Source of the DNA: Octopus sinensis
Lineage: Eukaryota
NCBI RefSeq assembly: GCF_006345805.1
Contig: NC_043005.1
Coordinates: 42,036,001-42,100,000 of the forward strand
DNA length: 64,000 nt
Reading direction: 5' to 3'
In this document: piece by piece, positions 12,649 to 25,600 of the stretch
Numbering within the stretch: the stretch's first letter is position 1
Layout of the letters: every line of letters begins with the position of its first letter
The notes under the pieces: generated by a model
Database searches by the model: none
What the model saw: the letters and a program-made list of their open reading frames with translations, nothing else
Told to the model about the DNA's origin: nothing
Made by a program: the position numbers and the translations under genes

Positions 12649-13838
12649 TACACAAATGCATGTGTATGTATACTCAAATTGTATGTACTTTCATTCACCT
12701 CATGCCTGTGGAATCTCAAAAAGCATAAGAAAACAGATTATGATTTTGTTATTTTGTGTTATACACTACATACTTCTTGATGACCACAACGATGCCAAAA
12801 TTCTGATCGTAAATCGAACGAAATTGCAAGGAAAAAAAAAAAGATGTCTGTGCTACTTGTGAAGGCTTATTCACTAGCACTGATAGTATGAAGCGGATTA
12901 ATAATAATGACTACTACGAATATTCATATTTATTTTTCCTTCACTAATTATCGATTTTGTCAACTGTGAATCGATAATGCAGGATTGTTGATAATACATG
13001 AGTGATGTCTTTGTTACTGTACAGAACATTATAACATTATTGTATAGATATTGCTTGAAGAGTTTTCAAAACTAAATATCACACTTGGAAGAACAGCAAC
13101 TAATTATGTTCACTTCTGTTTTATGGCATTTGCTATTTAATGTCACTTGCCTGAAAAACGTTATTCTTTTATAGCGATTGTAGCTCATTTGCCCAGAATA
13201 GATTAATCATTTAATCACCTGCTTTATTTATAAACACATTTAATATTATCTCTCTTGAAGCTCGCAGAGCAAAAATACTTGGAACCCTTAGAATGACTGA
13301 CGCATTTCGAGCATCTTATTGCAATTTATAAGGCGTATTAACTCTTTAACTGCCTTATACGAACTATTTCCACGCATAAGAGGGTAACAGCAGTCTCATT
13401 GGCTGTAATCTTCTAATATTTGTGTTTAGTACCACCAAAAGAACACTTCTACAGAAGAAGTGCCAATCAATTTTCGTCTTGAATTTATATCACAACTCTA
13501 TCTTCTTTCGTTATAGGAGTTTTGTCTCTTCTATAAACCACTTTGTACTATAATAATTTTTTATTAGCATAGATGCTTTTAGAAATCGCAGCAATATTTG
13601 ATGGAAAGTCACTAAGTATAAGAAAGAAAAGCATAATTTAAATTCCTTTAAAAAGTTTTTGAGAATATATTACACTGCATAATACGATTTTTGTCCTTGG
13701 GCGGCAAATATTTTTTATTTGCTTACCCCTAAAAAGTATGAAAAATGGCAAATATTTCTTTCAAAATGCTTTTGTTACATTTATTTAGACCCTAAAAAAT
13801 CTCTCTCAATACATGGCTATGGTTCTCCCCCACTACAC

Positions 13839-14411
13839 CTGCTCATGATCAAAAATGCACACGTTGTCAGCCACTAAGAGACATGCCCAACTGGTTAAGG
13901 TTAAGCAACTGACAAGCAAATCTGCGGTACTAAGCAGAATGTTTGCTATAGCAATATTTCTGCTTCCGCAACGCAGCGTTGAATCTGTCTGTAATGGAAA
14001 ATAGGTCAGTTTCAAAACATTGATGTCCAGTTCACGAAAGCAAATTTTGAAGTTGAATAGTAGTCATTTCCTTTGATTTCTAGATAGAAGCAAATAGAAA
14101 ACAACACTTACTAACCAAACACAAAACAAAAATTATAATTTTGCTGCGCAATGTTATTTAAAAGATTAAATAATTTTCGAGATTTGAAAAGTTCTAGAAT
14201 GGCGTTTCATTGATTTTAACCCAATCAAAAACATTTCAACATTTTATAATTTTGCATCTTACATTCATGTTACATATGAATCTTTCAGGGTGGCAACCAT
14301 ATATAAAAGAATCCTCTGTGTTATAATAACTAATTGATGAATAATTATTACTTAAACTATCAAATATTGTACATTGGAGAGCGATCATTATTTTGAAACG
14401 GTAATCGAAGA
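13839..14411 (-). CDS. Two candidate in-phase exons (14411-14263 and 13988-13839), 99 open codons, unknown product
   Basis: Acceptor catcacag with donor AAT|gtaaga, then acceptor ctattttccattacag with donor CAG|gtgtag; phase 0 junction across a 274-nt intron; reads FDYRFKIMIAL...YGCHPERFICNMN/TDSTLRCGSRNIAIANILLSTADLLVSC...DHEQ. Confidence 0.35.
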
Positions 14412-14610
14412 CTGTGATGTTTTGAGATAATAAATGTTTACAGGTTGCAATTTTAATGGTTTCATTTAGTTGGGTGATCAAGAGCTTTGGGCTTTTGTTG
14501 CACTTTCACATTATGCACTTTCACATATATTGATATCACTATTGTATTGAATGCATTTTTATAAGACGTTTTATTTGTATATGTTCGGAATCTTCTTATA
14601 TTGCTTACAA

Positions 14611-14812
14611 ATTTTGGCACAGGCCAGCAATTTCTGGGAAAGGGTTAAGTCGATAAAATCGACCCCAGAGGTCAACTAGTACTTATTTTAACGACCCCGA
14701 AAGGAAGAAAAGCAAAGTCTTCCTCAGTGAATTTGAACTCAGAACGTAAAGACGGACGAAATACCGCTGAACATTTTGCCCGGTGTGCTAACATTTCTTC
14801 CACCTCGCCGCC
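14611..14812 (-). mobile_element. SINE family A
   Basis: Head and core homology to other family A copies. Confidence 0.85.
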
Positions 14813-16334
14813 CTAGAATTCTCTTATATTAATCTCTATGAAGGATTGATCACGCATTTCCAAAGATAGAACAAACATTCGCTGTATAAATATTTGATTT
14901 TGTTCTGGGTTTTTAGAACAGTTATCGGTTATGATACTTTACTGTATTTGATAAGCGCTAACTTTTGCAGACGAAAATGAATTTGGAATCAAACAAGTAA
15001 AGAAACGTCAAGATCGATTTAATTCAAAATAGTGCTGTAATAATTTATTAGTTAGTGAAATGGTTTACCGTATTTGAAAATAGATGACATGTTAGTAAAT
15101 TTTATATAACATACAAAGCCCGCGATTAAATAAAATGAATTTTTGAAGCAAACATTATTAGAAACATTCTGTTAAGGATATTGAAACCTAAATCACTTTC
15201 CACCAAATAGATGAAGCTGGAATTTGAAAATTCTTGAGATGAATTTTATCCGCAGGGACTAACAACATTAGAGTAGATGTGAAGTGATACAAATCTTTAA
15301 GACGAATGTTTCTAAAATTAATTTTGTTTTCACCAATAAAGTTTTCATTTGGGGATTCAAAGACCCAAACTAAAGAATTTTATAGTAATAGCCAATTCAC
15401 TAAGATATCCAAACAGATTTGAATTTAGTTATATAACTAATTAAAGTAAATTTCAATTTTCTGAAGAGGTCTCTTTGGAGACATGTTTGTTTACAAAACT
15501 CTCAAAAAAATTGAAGTAATTTTCGGCGACTTATTTACTAGATTACTTAAAATTGTATATTAGAACACTGTGTATTTACAATATTTAGTGTCAATGCCCT
15601 AGTCGATATTGTTGTAGTTCTTATTGCAGTCATTATTCTTGTTATATCAACAATCTGTTTAATGAAATATATTTCAATGTACTCCTATTTTCCTCCTTAC
15701 AAGTTCAAATGTTACAGGTGTGTGCATAGCACTAAGGCAATTATAACAGAGCCTGCTTGAGAAACTTTTTAATATCATTCCTGATTTGTTAACAACAAAA
15801 AGGACATTTTATAAATACTGTCTATTGGAAATATACAGTTCTATTTTTACCAGTCGATTTGACAACGACCATTCGTGCCTTTCAGATGTAACTCCGTCAG
15901 TAGACAGAGTGTATTGGTGATTGATGCAATCGAAATGCGAACGGAAGATGCATTTGTAGCTTGAAAAAAATCATAATAGTAATGAATCTCAGAAACTGTT
16001 GGTTTAGTTACTTTACATACCTCGATTGTTTTGCTTCTGCAGTTCTGTTAGCTCCATATATTTTGGAGCATTTTGCACGCGGGAAAGGTCATGTATCACT
16101 ATAATACTCTGTAATTTCACTCTTTAATTTCTCAGTTATTTTCGAAAATCCATAGAAACTATATTGAATAGGTCCTATATTAAGTTAAGTTTCAATTGAA
16201 GGCAAATATTTTACAGTAGAGATAACAAATTTTAGAAGAAAAATCTTAGCTGCATCCAATATTTAAGCTTGTGTAATTATTTTAATATCGTAATATGCTT
16301 ATGAAATATTTCGTTCGAAATAGATCATTTCAGG

Positions 16335-16760
16335 GTAAAATTACGTGTTTCCCCATGCGATAGGATCAGTTGGGGCCTCAAGTTTGAATATCCATTTGAG
16401 TTTGTATGCTGTCCGGTGGAAGTTGGCCTCGATGTCAAGCGTCAAGATAAACTTGGGTTCGAAACTGAGGAGCGCAAATCCATTGTGGGACAAAGGTTCC
16501 GTGAGGTCACTGACAAGAAGTTTGGTGTTGTTGATTTGCGGGTGAAGAGCATAATGGTTGAGCTATTATATGAACATAAATCATAAGTAAGAAGGTGTGC
16601 AGGAAGTATCTTACAGCTGCTCAAGAATAGAGGGCAGATTGTGCACCTTGTTCCAAACAGACGGCTGCTATCTATGTAGCAGGGATGTATACCATCATCG
16701 CAGTAGACAAAATGAGGTATTGGAGCGGTTTATTCCATCGTCCGATGGTGAATGAGGTAA
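16335..16760 (-). mobile_element. Decayed LINE (CR1/L2-like) ORF2 post-RT region
   Basis: GC-elevated island. Frameshifted minus-strand peptides WNKPLQYLI, HPQINNTKLLVS and GFALLSFEPKFILTLDIEANFHRTAYKLKWIFKL follow the order of the CR1-type WxKHI...PH...KLLES...GL..LSYEERL...RRLR.DL...KI motifs. Confidence 0.5.
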
Positions 16761-18135
16761 AACCTTGGCAGAAAAAAAACTGTATATACTCGCGTGCGCG
16801 TTCGTGTATGTGTTTAGGACACTAACATACATGCAATATGTTGATGTATACCCGCTTACTGTTTGGGAAAATGTGTAGATACATATATTTATGTAATCGC
16901 CTCTAAAACAAAACTCACAAACAATCTACTCTAATATATTGATTGACATACAAATACATAAAGCAAAATATTATTCTCAAAACGCTACCAAGAATATAAT
17001 CGCATATATTATTAATGGGATGATATCAACAGAAACACGAATTAATAAGTAATCATACAAAACTGATATATATGTTTTACTGCAATTTATCAAAAGAGTA
17101 CCAACGTACTTAAAGGGATTTTTCCTACATATCGCGAAGTAAAATTCTTTACGTCTTCAAACACAATCAATAAACTCATCGCGCTTATTACTGCACCCGT
17201 ATGAACTCAAGGATAAGCTAAGAATTAAGCATATAACAACTAAAGGCAAAAGACACAATAAGGATATTAGCGTCACTGTATTAACTCTATAAAAAATGTT
17301 TACTAGAGACCAAATATATAAGCCAGAACTCAGATAAATAGATAGAAGGATTAATGAGTACGACAAAAGATGAGGGAAAACATTGTTTGAATTAATCAGT
17401 GACTTTAAGCAAGAGTTTAATAAATATAAAATGAAAATATTCATAAGTCTTGTCGCAAAATAATGTAGGAGTTCTTTGAGATGAGTCTACTTTAAATAAT
17501 GTTCTTTATTACTTATGCTGTAATAAATAAATGTTTTTAATACCTTGTGATTCAACATTCAACTGACTCTCTCTTTTTTATTATTAAATAAATAAATGGT
17601 CAACTCTAGAGTTTTTCGCATGCACGGTTGATATATCTGCCTCCCAACTTGAGCTAGCAATTCTTCATTTTAGTTTGCAATTGAATTTTTCAAGTTTCAA
17701 ATATCAGATACTCTCAGAAAGCATAAACTTTGAGTCAGTAAAAATATGTCTATGCACAATTTTAAAAAATTTGCAGTGGAACCTGTATACCTGTATCCAT
17801 TGTGAGTAATTACACGACAGCTGTATAGGGCATATTTTCTGAGTTTACTGTCAGTGAAATTTGGTTAATATTTCTACAGTTATATATGTTTAGCTTACAA
17901 TCTCCTCGACAGGTAGAACGCCAATGATACTAAAACAGGTAGGTTTGTGTTAAGCCTCTGTGCATTCTTTAAGATTTTGGGAGAAATACTTGTTAAGAGA
18001 TCGTTAATGCTATTGTTTTAACCAGGAATGATGATATTTCATCATTTTTTATTTATGTGATACAATTCCTATATCGCCAGATTGGTTCTACCTAAATATA
18101 ACGGTCTGTTTTATTTAGTTCGTACATAAGAATGT

Positions 18136-18516
18136 ATGGAGACGCAATGGCCCAGTGGTTAGGGCAGCGGACTCGCGGTTGTGGGAGCGCGGTTTCGGTT
18201 CTCAAACTGGGTGTTCTGAGTGTTTATTGAGCAAAAACACCTAAAGCTCCACGGGGCCTCGGCAGGGGGGGGGGGCGAACCCTACTTTACTTTCACCATA
18301 ACTTTCTCTCACTCTTTCTTCCTGTTTCTGTTGTGCCTGTATGTCAAAGGGCTAGCCATTTCACACTCTGTGTTACGCTGAATCTCCCCGAGAATTACGT
18401 TAAGAGTACATGTATCTGTGGAGTGCTCAGCCACTTACACGTTAATTTCACGAGTATGCTGTTCCATTGATCGGATTAACTGGAACCCTCATCGTCGTGG
18501 CCGACCGAGTGTCATG
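18136..18516 (+). mobile_element. SINE family B with 12-bp TSD
   Basis: tRNA-like head ggagacgcaatggcccagtggttaggg; acataagaatgt at 18124-18135 and 18517-18528. Confidence 0.9.
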
Positions 18517-20376
18517 ACATAAGAATGTGAATTTGCTATTCCCATTAGCTTGATACTAGATACAACTGTCGTATGCGTATCTTCCTGTTACGTTAAGTTT
18601 CCTAGCATTACATGCCGCTATGTTATCAGTTAAGTACCTATAGGACCTTTCTTATCCTTGTTCCCCAAATCTCTCTCTACGCTCCTATCATTCGCTTCTT
18701 TACTAGAAATATTTCCCTCGGATATTTAGAGTTTATATTTAGTGATATTTATGCACTTACTCTATTGACTGTATTTACATTTTCGTAAGGCCTCGGTGTA
18801 ATACATTACATTTTCTTGGAAGATCTCCTGATTGGTAGAAATTTTAGATTAATTAACAGATCCGTTTTTAGCTCGTATATTGATGCGATGTTAGAGAGCT
18901 TAATTAACACCTTGGGCGATTAGATAGCTTATGAATATAGCGCAAGTTTTCGCTTGGCATGTAATGTGAGTAGTGGAGCTGTATGTTAAGGTCTAGCTTA
19001 ACGTCAAGAAAGTATACTATAATAGAAAATCAAGTAACTCTCGAGCACAGGAATAGCTGTGAAAACAGCTTAGAAGATCGGGTAAATACCCTTAAAGGGC
19101 GTAAAATAGAGGCCAGAAGCCGCTACAGGGAATCGAATCCTGTACTTCTCAATTGTCCCGCGTTCGAGGTTTCCTTTATTTTCTCGAAAATACCAACTCA
19201 CTCAGAGCTTCTAAGCTTGTTTATAAAAATATACTCCCACAATGTTATATAATCTTTTTTGAAATAAATAGATAAAAAACCTGCCTGTGATGAACCTATA
19301 GCTAAATTAAAGTTCGTCTATCGAGAGTTTCTTGTAAAATAATGGCCTTCAAAATGAATCTCAATATTCTTCCTGCTATAATTTTATCAATTCCATATGA
19401 ATGTATCTTCTTAGAAAATCTCTATAAGAGATGAAAGTAGAAATTATACCGAGAAGCAATGTTTATCGTTACATCAACATGGCTGTTCCGTAGGAGACGA
19501 CGTTACTACAGTTTTCAACCTCGAGAGAAGCCTCCTGCAGCTGGGTATCGATGCAATCTGCACCCGATATATATTGCAAGCAGGGGAATGAACCCCTAAC
19601 ATCGTCCAGCGGAGGACGGGATCACCAGACCGTAGAGTTTCAAGCCATTTGTGCCCACCCTCAGTAGTGAACACCGATTCAATAGAGATAACAGTAATTC
19701 AGCGACAACCAGTCACTGATCTTACAACAAGCAAAGTAGCTGGTTATCGATTGCTGGAGGAGGCTCCTCCTGAGGTTAAAACTGTACAGCCATATTGATG
19801 TGGTGATAAAGATATGAATGTATTTTCTCTTAAAAACTGATGTTATGTTCACTCTTGCAATTGTAGATTCTTTTGTTGAAACTGTATCTTAACCCATATC
19901 ATTCCTTTTATTTCTTTCCTATAAATTTGACGCGTGGTTTTTCATTGCAACTTCTAAATTTCACTGAGGGGATTGGTGTAGCTGACGCGCAAATTGTGAT
20001 GTAATCATCTAAATATGTTATGAAACCTAAGAATCGAATTGATGCACATAAGTGATGCAGGCACAAGCACGTCATACACATACACACGCACACAGTCGTA
20101 CACACAGAGACACACACACACACTTTCTCGCTCTCTCTCTCTTTCATACACACACACACTTTCTCGCTCTCTCTCTCTTTCATACACACACACACAGACA
20201 CTCACACACAAACTAATACAAGGATGAGGTAAATAACTGCAGAATATATGATCGATTGATTGATTCTAGTTTCAGCTCACGAGCTGTGGCCATGCTGGGG
20301 CACGACGTAAGTTTTTAAGAGAAACCGTTTAACTGTTAAACATCGTTCGACCGTTAAGCATTTTGGAATATTCTTT

Positions 20377-20585
20377 TATTCTTTAATTCTTTTACTTGGT
20401 TCAATCATTTGACCGCGGCCATGCTGGAGCACCACCTTTAGTCGCGCAAATCGACCCTAGGACTTATTCTTTGTAAGCCTAGCACTTATTCTATCGGTTT
20501 CTTTTGCCGAACCGCTAAGTTACGGAGACGTAAACATACCAGCATCGGTTGTCAAGCGATGTTGGGGGGGGAGACACACATAGAC

Positions 20586-20640
<55 letters not shown>

Positions 20641-20770
20641 CAACGGGCTTCTTTCAGTTTCTGTCTACTAAATCCACTCACAAAGCTTTGGTTGGTCCAC
20701 AGTGGGACTGAAGCTGGAACCATGTGGTTGGTAAGCAAGCTACTTACCACACAGCCACTCCTGCGCCTAT
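20377..20770 (-). mobile_element. SINE family D, full length
   Basis: Colinear with 1378-1814. Confidence 0.9.
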
Positions 20771-21335
20771 GGGAACAAAAATTTCTATTAAATGTACCAG
20801 AACATTATTAGTTCTCGATCAGTAGTTAGGAAACAACCGTTATGCAAGACTATATAGCGATAAAAGTCATCAAAATTCTGAATATATAACTTCGGTATTT
20901 CTTATATATTGAAAATGATTTTCTAGAGTCTAGTAGTTTCGATTTAAAACTAGACACACTTTTGACAAATTTGTATTGACAAATTTATGACATCCTCCAC
21001 GAATGCCCAAGGACATTTTTGTTGGTTAAAATCTTAAATAGAAAAGGGCTTTCAATCAACTGGATGTAACAATCTGAAATTGACCAATAACGACAAATAC
21101 TTTTATCCAGTAGACGATCGATTTCGAACGACATGAAATCTTTCATAAACCTACTACAATGTTAAAATAATTACACAAACGCAACATTTGGATTCATCTA
21201 AGATTTTATCGGTTAAAATTTGCTATCTCTAGTGTAAAGATTTGTGTTCAACTGAAACTTTAATTTAGCATTAGACCTATTGAATATTTAATACATTTTA
21301 TGGTTTTTCGAAAACATCTCGGAAATTAAAGAATA

Positions 21336-21717
21336 TCTCTCTATATATAAACGGCAGTTTGTCTGTCTGCGTGTCTGTGTGTCTGTTAGGTTGTACCCTC
21401 ACCCTGACCACGGCTTTCTACCGATTCAGATGAAACTTGACACACACATAGCCCAATGTCATAATTCAAAACTAACGCAGCCAAAATTTTGAAAAGTTCC
21501 GCCAGTTCTGAAAAAAATCGATAAATTCGACATGGAGTCGAGAATCAGAAACACAAACCACAGACTGTCTAGGGGACGCAACTCGACCTTTTTAACTCTC
21601 AAAAAAATTTACCATCATTTTTTTCCCATTTTTTGCTATTTTTTGGCTATAACTCTCTAAAAATGCTTTATAGTTATTTCCCTTACAAACCCGAGCAACG
21701 CCGGGCGATACTGCTAG
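21336..21717 (+). mobile_element. Non-autonomous Helitron
   Basis: 5' TC, 3' CTAG, subterminal GC hairpin CCCGAGCAACGCCGGG, inserted between A and T with no TSD. Confidence 0.85.
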
Positions 21718-21933
21718 TTATAGTAATACAATAAGAGTAAATTAAACATTACAATAAATATTTCTGTGCGTAATATTTATAGTTATTATTATTGTTGCCA
21801 TTGTTGCTGTTGTTGCTGCTGCTGCTTCTATTGCTGCTGTTTTTTGTTTAGTAAGATAACATAGAGTTTACAGTGAGATACACAACGATGACGATCAAGT
21901 GTTGGTAGGATACTGTAATATGTAAGTACCAAA

Positions 21934-22704
21934 GGCGGTGAGCTGGCAGAAACGTTAGCACGCCGGGCGAAATGCGTAGCCGTATTTCGTCTGCCGCTAC
22001 CTTCCGAGTTCAAATTCCGCCGATGTCGACTTTGCCATTTATTCTTTCGGGGTCGATAAATTAAGTACCAGTTACGCACTGGGGTCAATGTAATCGACTT
22101 AATACCTATATCTGTCCTTGTTTGTCTCCCCTATGTTTAGCCCCTTGTGGGTAATAAAGAAATAGGTATTTCGTCTGTCGCTACGTTGTGAGTTCAAATT
22201 CTGCCGCGGTCGACTTTGCCTTTCATCCTTTCGGGGTCGATTAAATAAGTACAAGTTACTGGGGTCAATATAATCAACTTAATCAGTTCGACTGTCCTTG
22301 TTTGTCCTCTCTGCGTTTAGCCCCTTGTGGGTAGTAAAGAAATAGGTATTTCGTCTGCTGTTACTTTCTGAGTTCAAATTCCGCCGAGGTCGACTTTGCC
22401 TTTCATCCTTTCGCACTGGGGTCGATGTAATCGACTTAATCCCTTTGTCTTCCCTTGTTTGTCCCTTCTATGTTTAGCCTCTTGTGAGCACTAAAGAAAT
22501 AAGAAACTTTAGCACGTCGGGCGATATGCTTAACGGTATTTCGTCTTTCTTTACGTTGTGAGTTCAAATTCCGCCGAGGTTGATTTTGCCTTTCATCCTT
22601 TCGGGGTCGATAAACTAAGAACTAGTTGCGCACTGGGGTCGATATAATCTTCCCCCCCCCCCAAAAAAAAAAAGAATTCGGGCCTTGGCCAAGAGTAGAA
22701 AAGG
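21934..22704 (+). mobile_element. Head-to-tail multimer of four family A SINE units with a 16-bp TSD
   Basis: Units start near 21934, 22166, 22346 and 22502; atatgtaagtaccaaa at 21918-21933 and 22705-22720. Confidence 0.9.
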
Positions 22705-23299
22705 ATATGTAAGTACCAAATTCAATATAGGCTGTCGATCTGATTCTAAGTTTGGTTTCGGGAGCGGCCAAAGTATAAAAATAAATAAAAATAAATAAAT
22801 TATTTAAACGTTCATAATTCTCCATTTTATTCCTTTCATCATTTATATATATATGTATGTATATATATATATAACTTTTAGAAAGTGTTATAGAACTATG
22901 GAAAGATTGCTATGAGTCGGAAGAAATAAATTCCCTTCAGCGGTGGCAAAATGTCTTTTTTAGTTAAGAAACTAAGTTTAAAAGAGACTACAATTCAGAT
23001 AAGCCCTTCCTGAAAATATTTCGAACAAATATATGTACAGAAATAAATAAGTGTCAACTCGATTAAACTATAAACATCTAAAAGAACACAAACACACAAA
23101 ACTAACTTCTCACTTGGAAGTAAACCACTCTCGATCTAGGAATAGGGGGAACTCACCAATAAGAAGTACTAGAAGAAACCAACCAAGTGTTAGGAGTAAT
23201 TATTTCTCCCCAACAACTAGATATATCCAAGAGACTTTTTCTATCCCTCATCGAAGAAAGGCGGCCTACGGAATTCCAACCTGTTTATCCAGACAGCAA

Positions 23300-25600
23300 A
23301 TCCAGCCCCCAGTATCTCAAACATAATTAAGAACCACGACAATTTATACCAACGACGAAACCTGAACCACGTTCTCCCACCCAATTTACCCAGACAACAA
23401 AACCAGCTTCCCAGAAATCTTAGTACAATTAATAACAGTGATAATTTCTACCAACCAAACTACAGTAAACATTTTTTTTAGACCGAGAGGAGAGAAACAG
23501 AAACACATGTTGGAAAAAAGCATACAGGAAAAACCCAAAGTAATAAATTTATCAAAGAAAACGCTCTTTGCAACAAAAATCAGTATACTAGCTAAAGGAT
23601 TGAAATTTACACCAACCCCACGAATATCTAACTAGAATTAAATTAAAGACAGTATTTTAGAATTCTGCAGAAAACTATGACTAGCAGAAGCACTAACCGA
23701 CTACAACAACGAAGATGAGCCACTGGTTAAAAACAGAAGTAATTACCTTCCACATAAAAGTAGGAACAAAACACTAGATGACTTCTGTGATCATATCCAA
23801 AATTTCCTCTATACATCCAATAAACGAAAAATTAATTCAAACCTCAACAATTTAGAATGGAAAAATCTAATTGAACTACAAAATGACAAAGAACTGATAA
23901 AGAAACAGACAAAGGAAGTGCTGTAGTCCTGATGGACACAGAATACTACAAAAACCTAGTATTATCCATGCTAGAAAACGATCCATTTTACGAAAAGGTT
24001 GTAAACTATAATCAACAAAAATCAATGAAAAATCTTGCATCTTTAATTCATCGTTTTTACGGCCTACCTAAAATACACTAGAGCAAGATCGTTAATGAAA
24101 ACTGCAAACAATCACCAGGCAAATACATAAATATCCTAGCGACAAAAGATTTAAAGTTAAGATCCGTTATAGCTGGTCCAGCCTGTGAAACCTATCACCT
24201 AAGTAATTTTTTGGACATCCTACTGAAACTATTGCTGAAATACAACAAACGTTTCATTAGAGAGGATCTATACATGCTTGAGTACCTACTAAAAACAACT
24301 AACGAAGAGGCATTATTGGTTTCCTTCGATGTTATTAATCTTTACACCAATATCCCACATGACTATGGAATAGAAGCAACAAAATTGGAAAAGTACCCCG
24401 AAGAACTTCCGGAACACATAAACCATTTTTTTCTCAGAACAATTATTTCCTATTTGACGACACCTACTAACGTGAAAAATGCGGAATTGCAATGAAAACG
24501 AAAGTAATCCATGCTCTTGCAAACCTAATAATAGAGTATTTTGAATTCACCATAAATGAAGTGTCACTGCAAAAATATGGACATCCATTTCACCATTATA
24601 TAAGAGAAAACTGGAAAAGATATCTGGATGACCACCTTATAATTTTGAATGAGACCATTAGTGAGGCCTGTCTTAGATATTAGGATAAAAAATGTCAACA
24701 ACCAAACTGTAACTGACATTTATCATAAGCCGATAGACTCGAAACAATATCTTCTGTTTGGTTCATACCGCTTGAAACACATCAAAAGGAATATCCCCTT
24801 TAATTTAGCAGAAAAGATTGACACAATAATGTTTGATGGAAATACCCGGGACCCCTGTCGTCAAGACCTCAGAAAAACACTGAGAGACAATATCCACTCT
24901 CATTTATAGACGATGGAATTAAGCATGGCAAGAAATTAGGCATTAAAACACTAAGGGAAACAAAACATAACACCACAGCACATCTCAAAACATTACCATG
25001 TATATCAACGCACAATACTAGAAATAATGAGGCATACAACCCTATTGCACAGAATTTACCTATGCTAACTGGGGATCCAAAAATGAACATCATTCCGAAA
25101 ACTCATAAATTTATCAAATGCAAAAAGCAACACAAATCGCTGAAAATACTTCTGACAAATGCGAAGCTTTACATAACAACTACGAAGCCATTGGTTAAAA
25201 ACGTGGACGTCCAAACTGTGGAATATGCCCCAACCTACAGGAATCCTCGGAATTCCTATTCAAACAAGGAGAGAGGTTCACAATTAAAACCAACTTCACT
25301 TGTGCCTCCGAAAATCTAATTTATGTTATAACTTGTTCAGGTTGTGGACATAACTATAGAGGACAGACAAGTATGGTACTTAGACGGAGAAACACAATAC
25401 ATAAGGAACAGATCCATTTACCACAGTAAAGACAGATTCCTTTGAGTGAACACATAGAGAGATGTGCAGGTAATATCCATCCCAAACTTCTAAGTTTTCC
25501 CTTACCAGTGTAAAGAAAAAAATTCTGTACAAGAACGTTTAAATGAAGAAAATACAGAACATGACTAAATATGAATGCATAACCAACTTTGATCTCAGTA
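23300..25600 (+). mobile_element. Decayed Penelope-like retroelement (RT plus GIY-YIG endonuclease)
   Basis: Frameshifted motifs in the expected order: VINLSKKTL...LAKGLKFTPTP, DKGSAVVLMD, FYGLPKIH, VIAGPACETY, LLVSFDVINLYTNIPH, WKRYLDD, DIYHKP, NIPFNLA, LIYVITCSGCGHNYRGQT. Confidence 0.9.

Noticed and set aside
16335-16590. 83-codon + frame and 73-codon - frame with plausible splice sites
   Set aside because: Better explained as a frameshifted LINE ORF2 remnant on the minus strand and its antisense shadow.
17157-17444. 95-aa hydrophobic minus ORF ending LILSLSLSSYGC, reminiscent of an MS4A/CD20 last TM helix
   Set aside because: AT-rich DNA readily yields hydrophobic ORFs, splice sites are weak and the conserved Glu is missing.
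21934-22650. Regularly repeated units resembling a CRISPR or satellite array
   Set aside because: The units are about 180-bp SINE monomers with no unique spacers, in a eukaryotic context.
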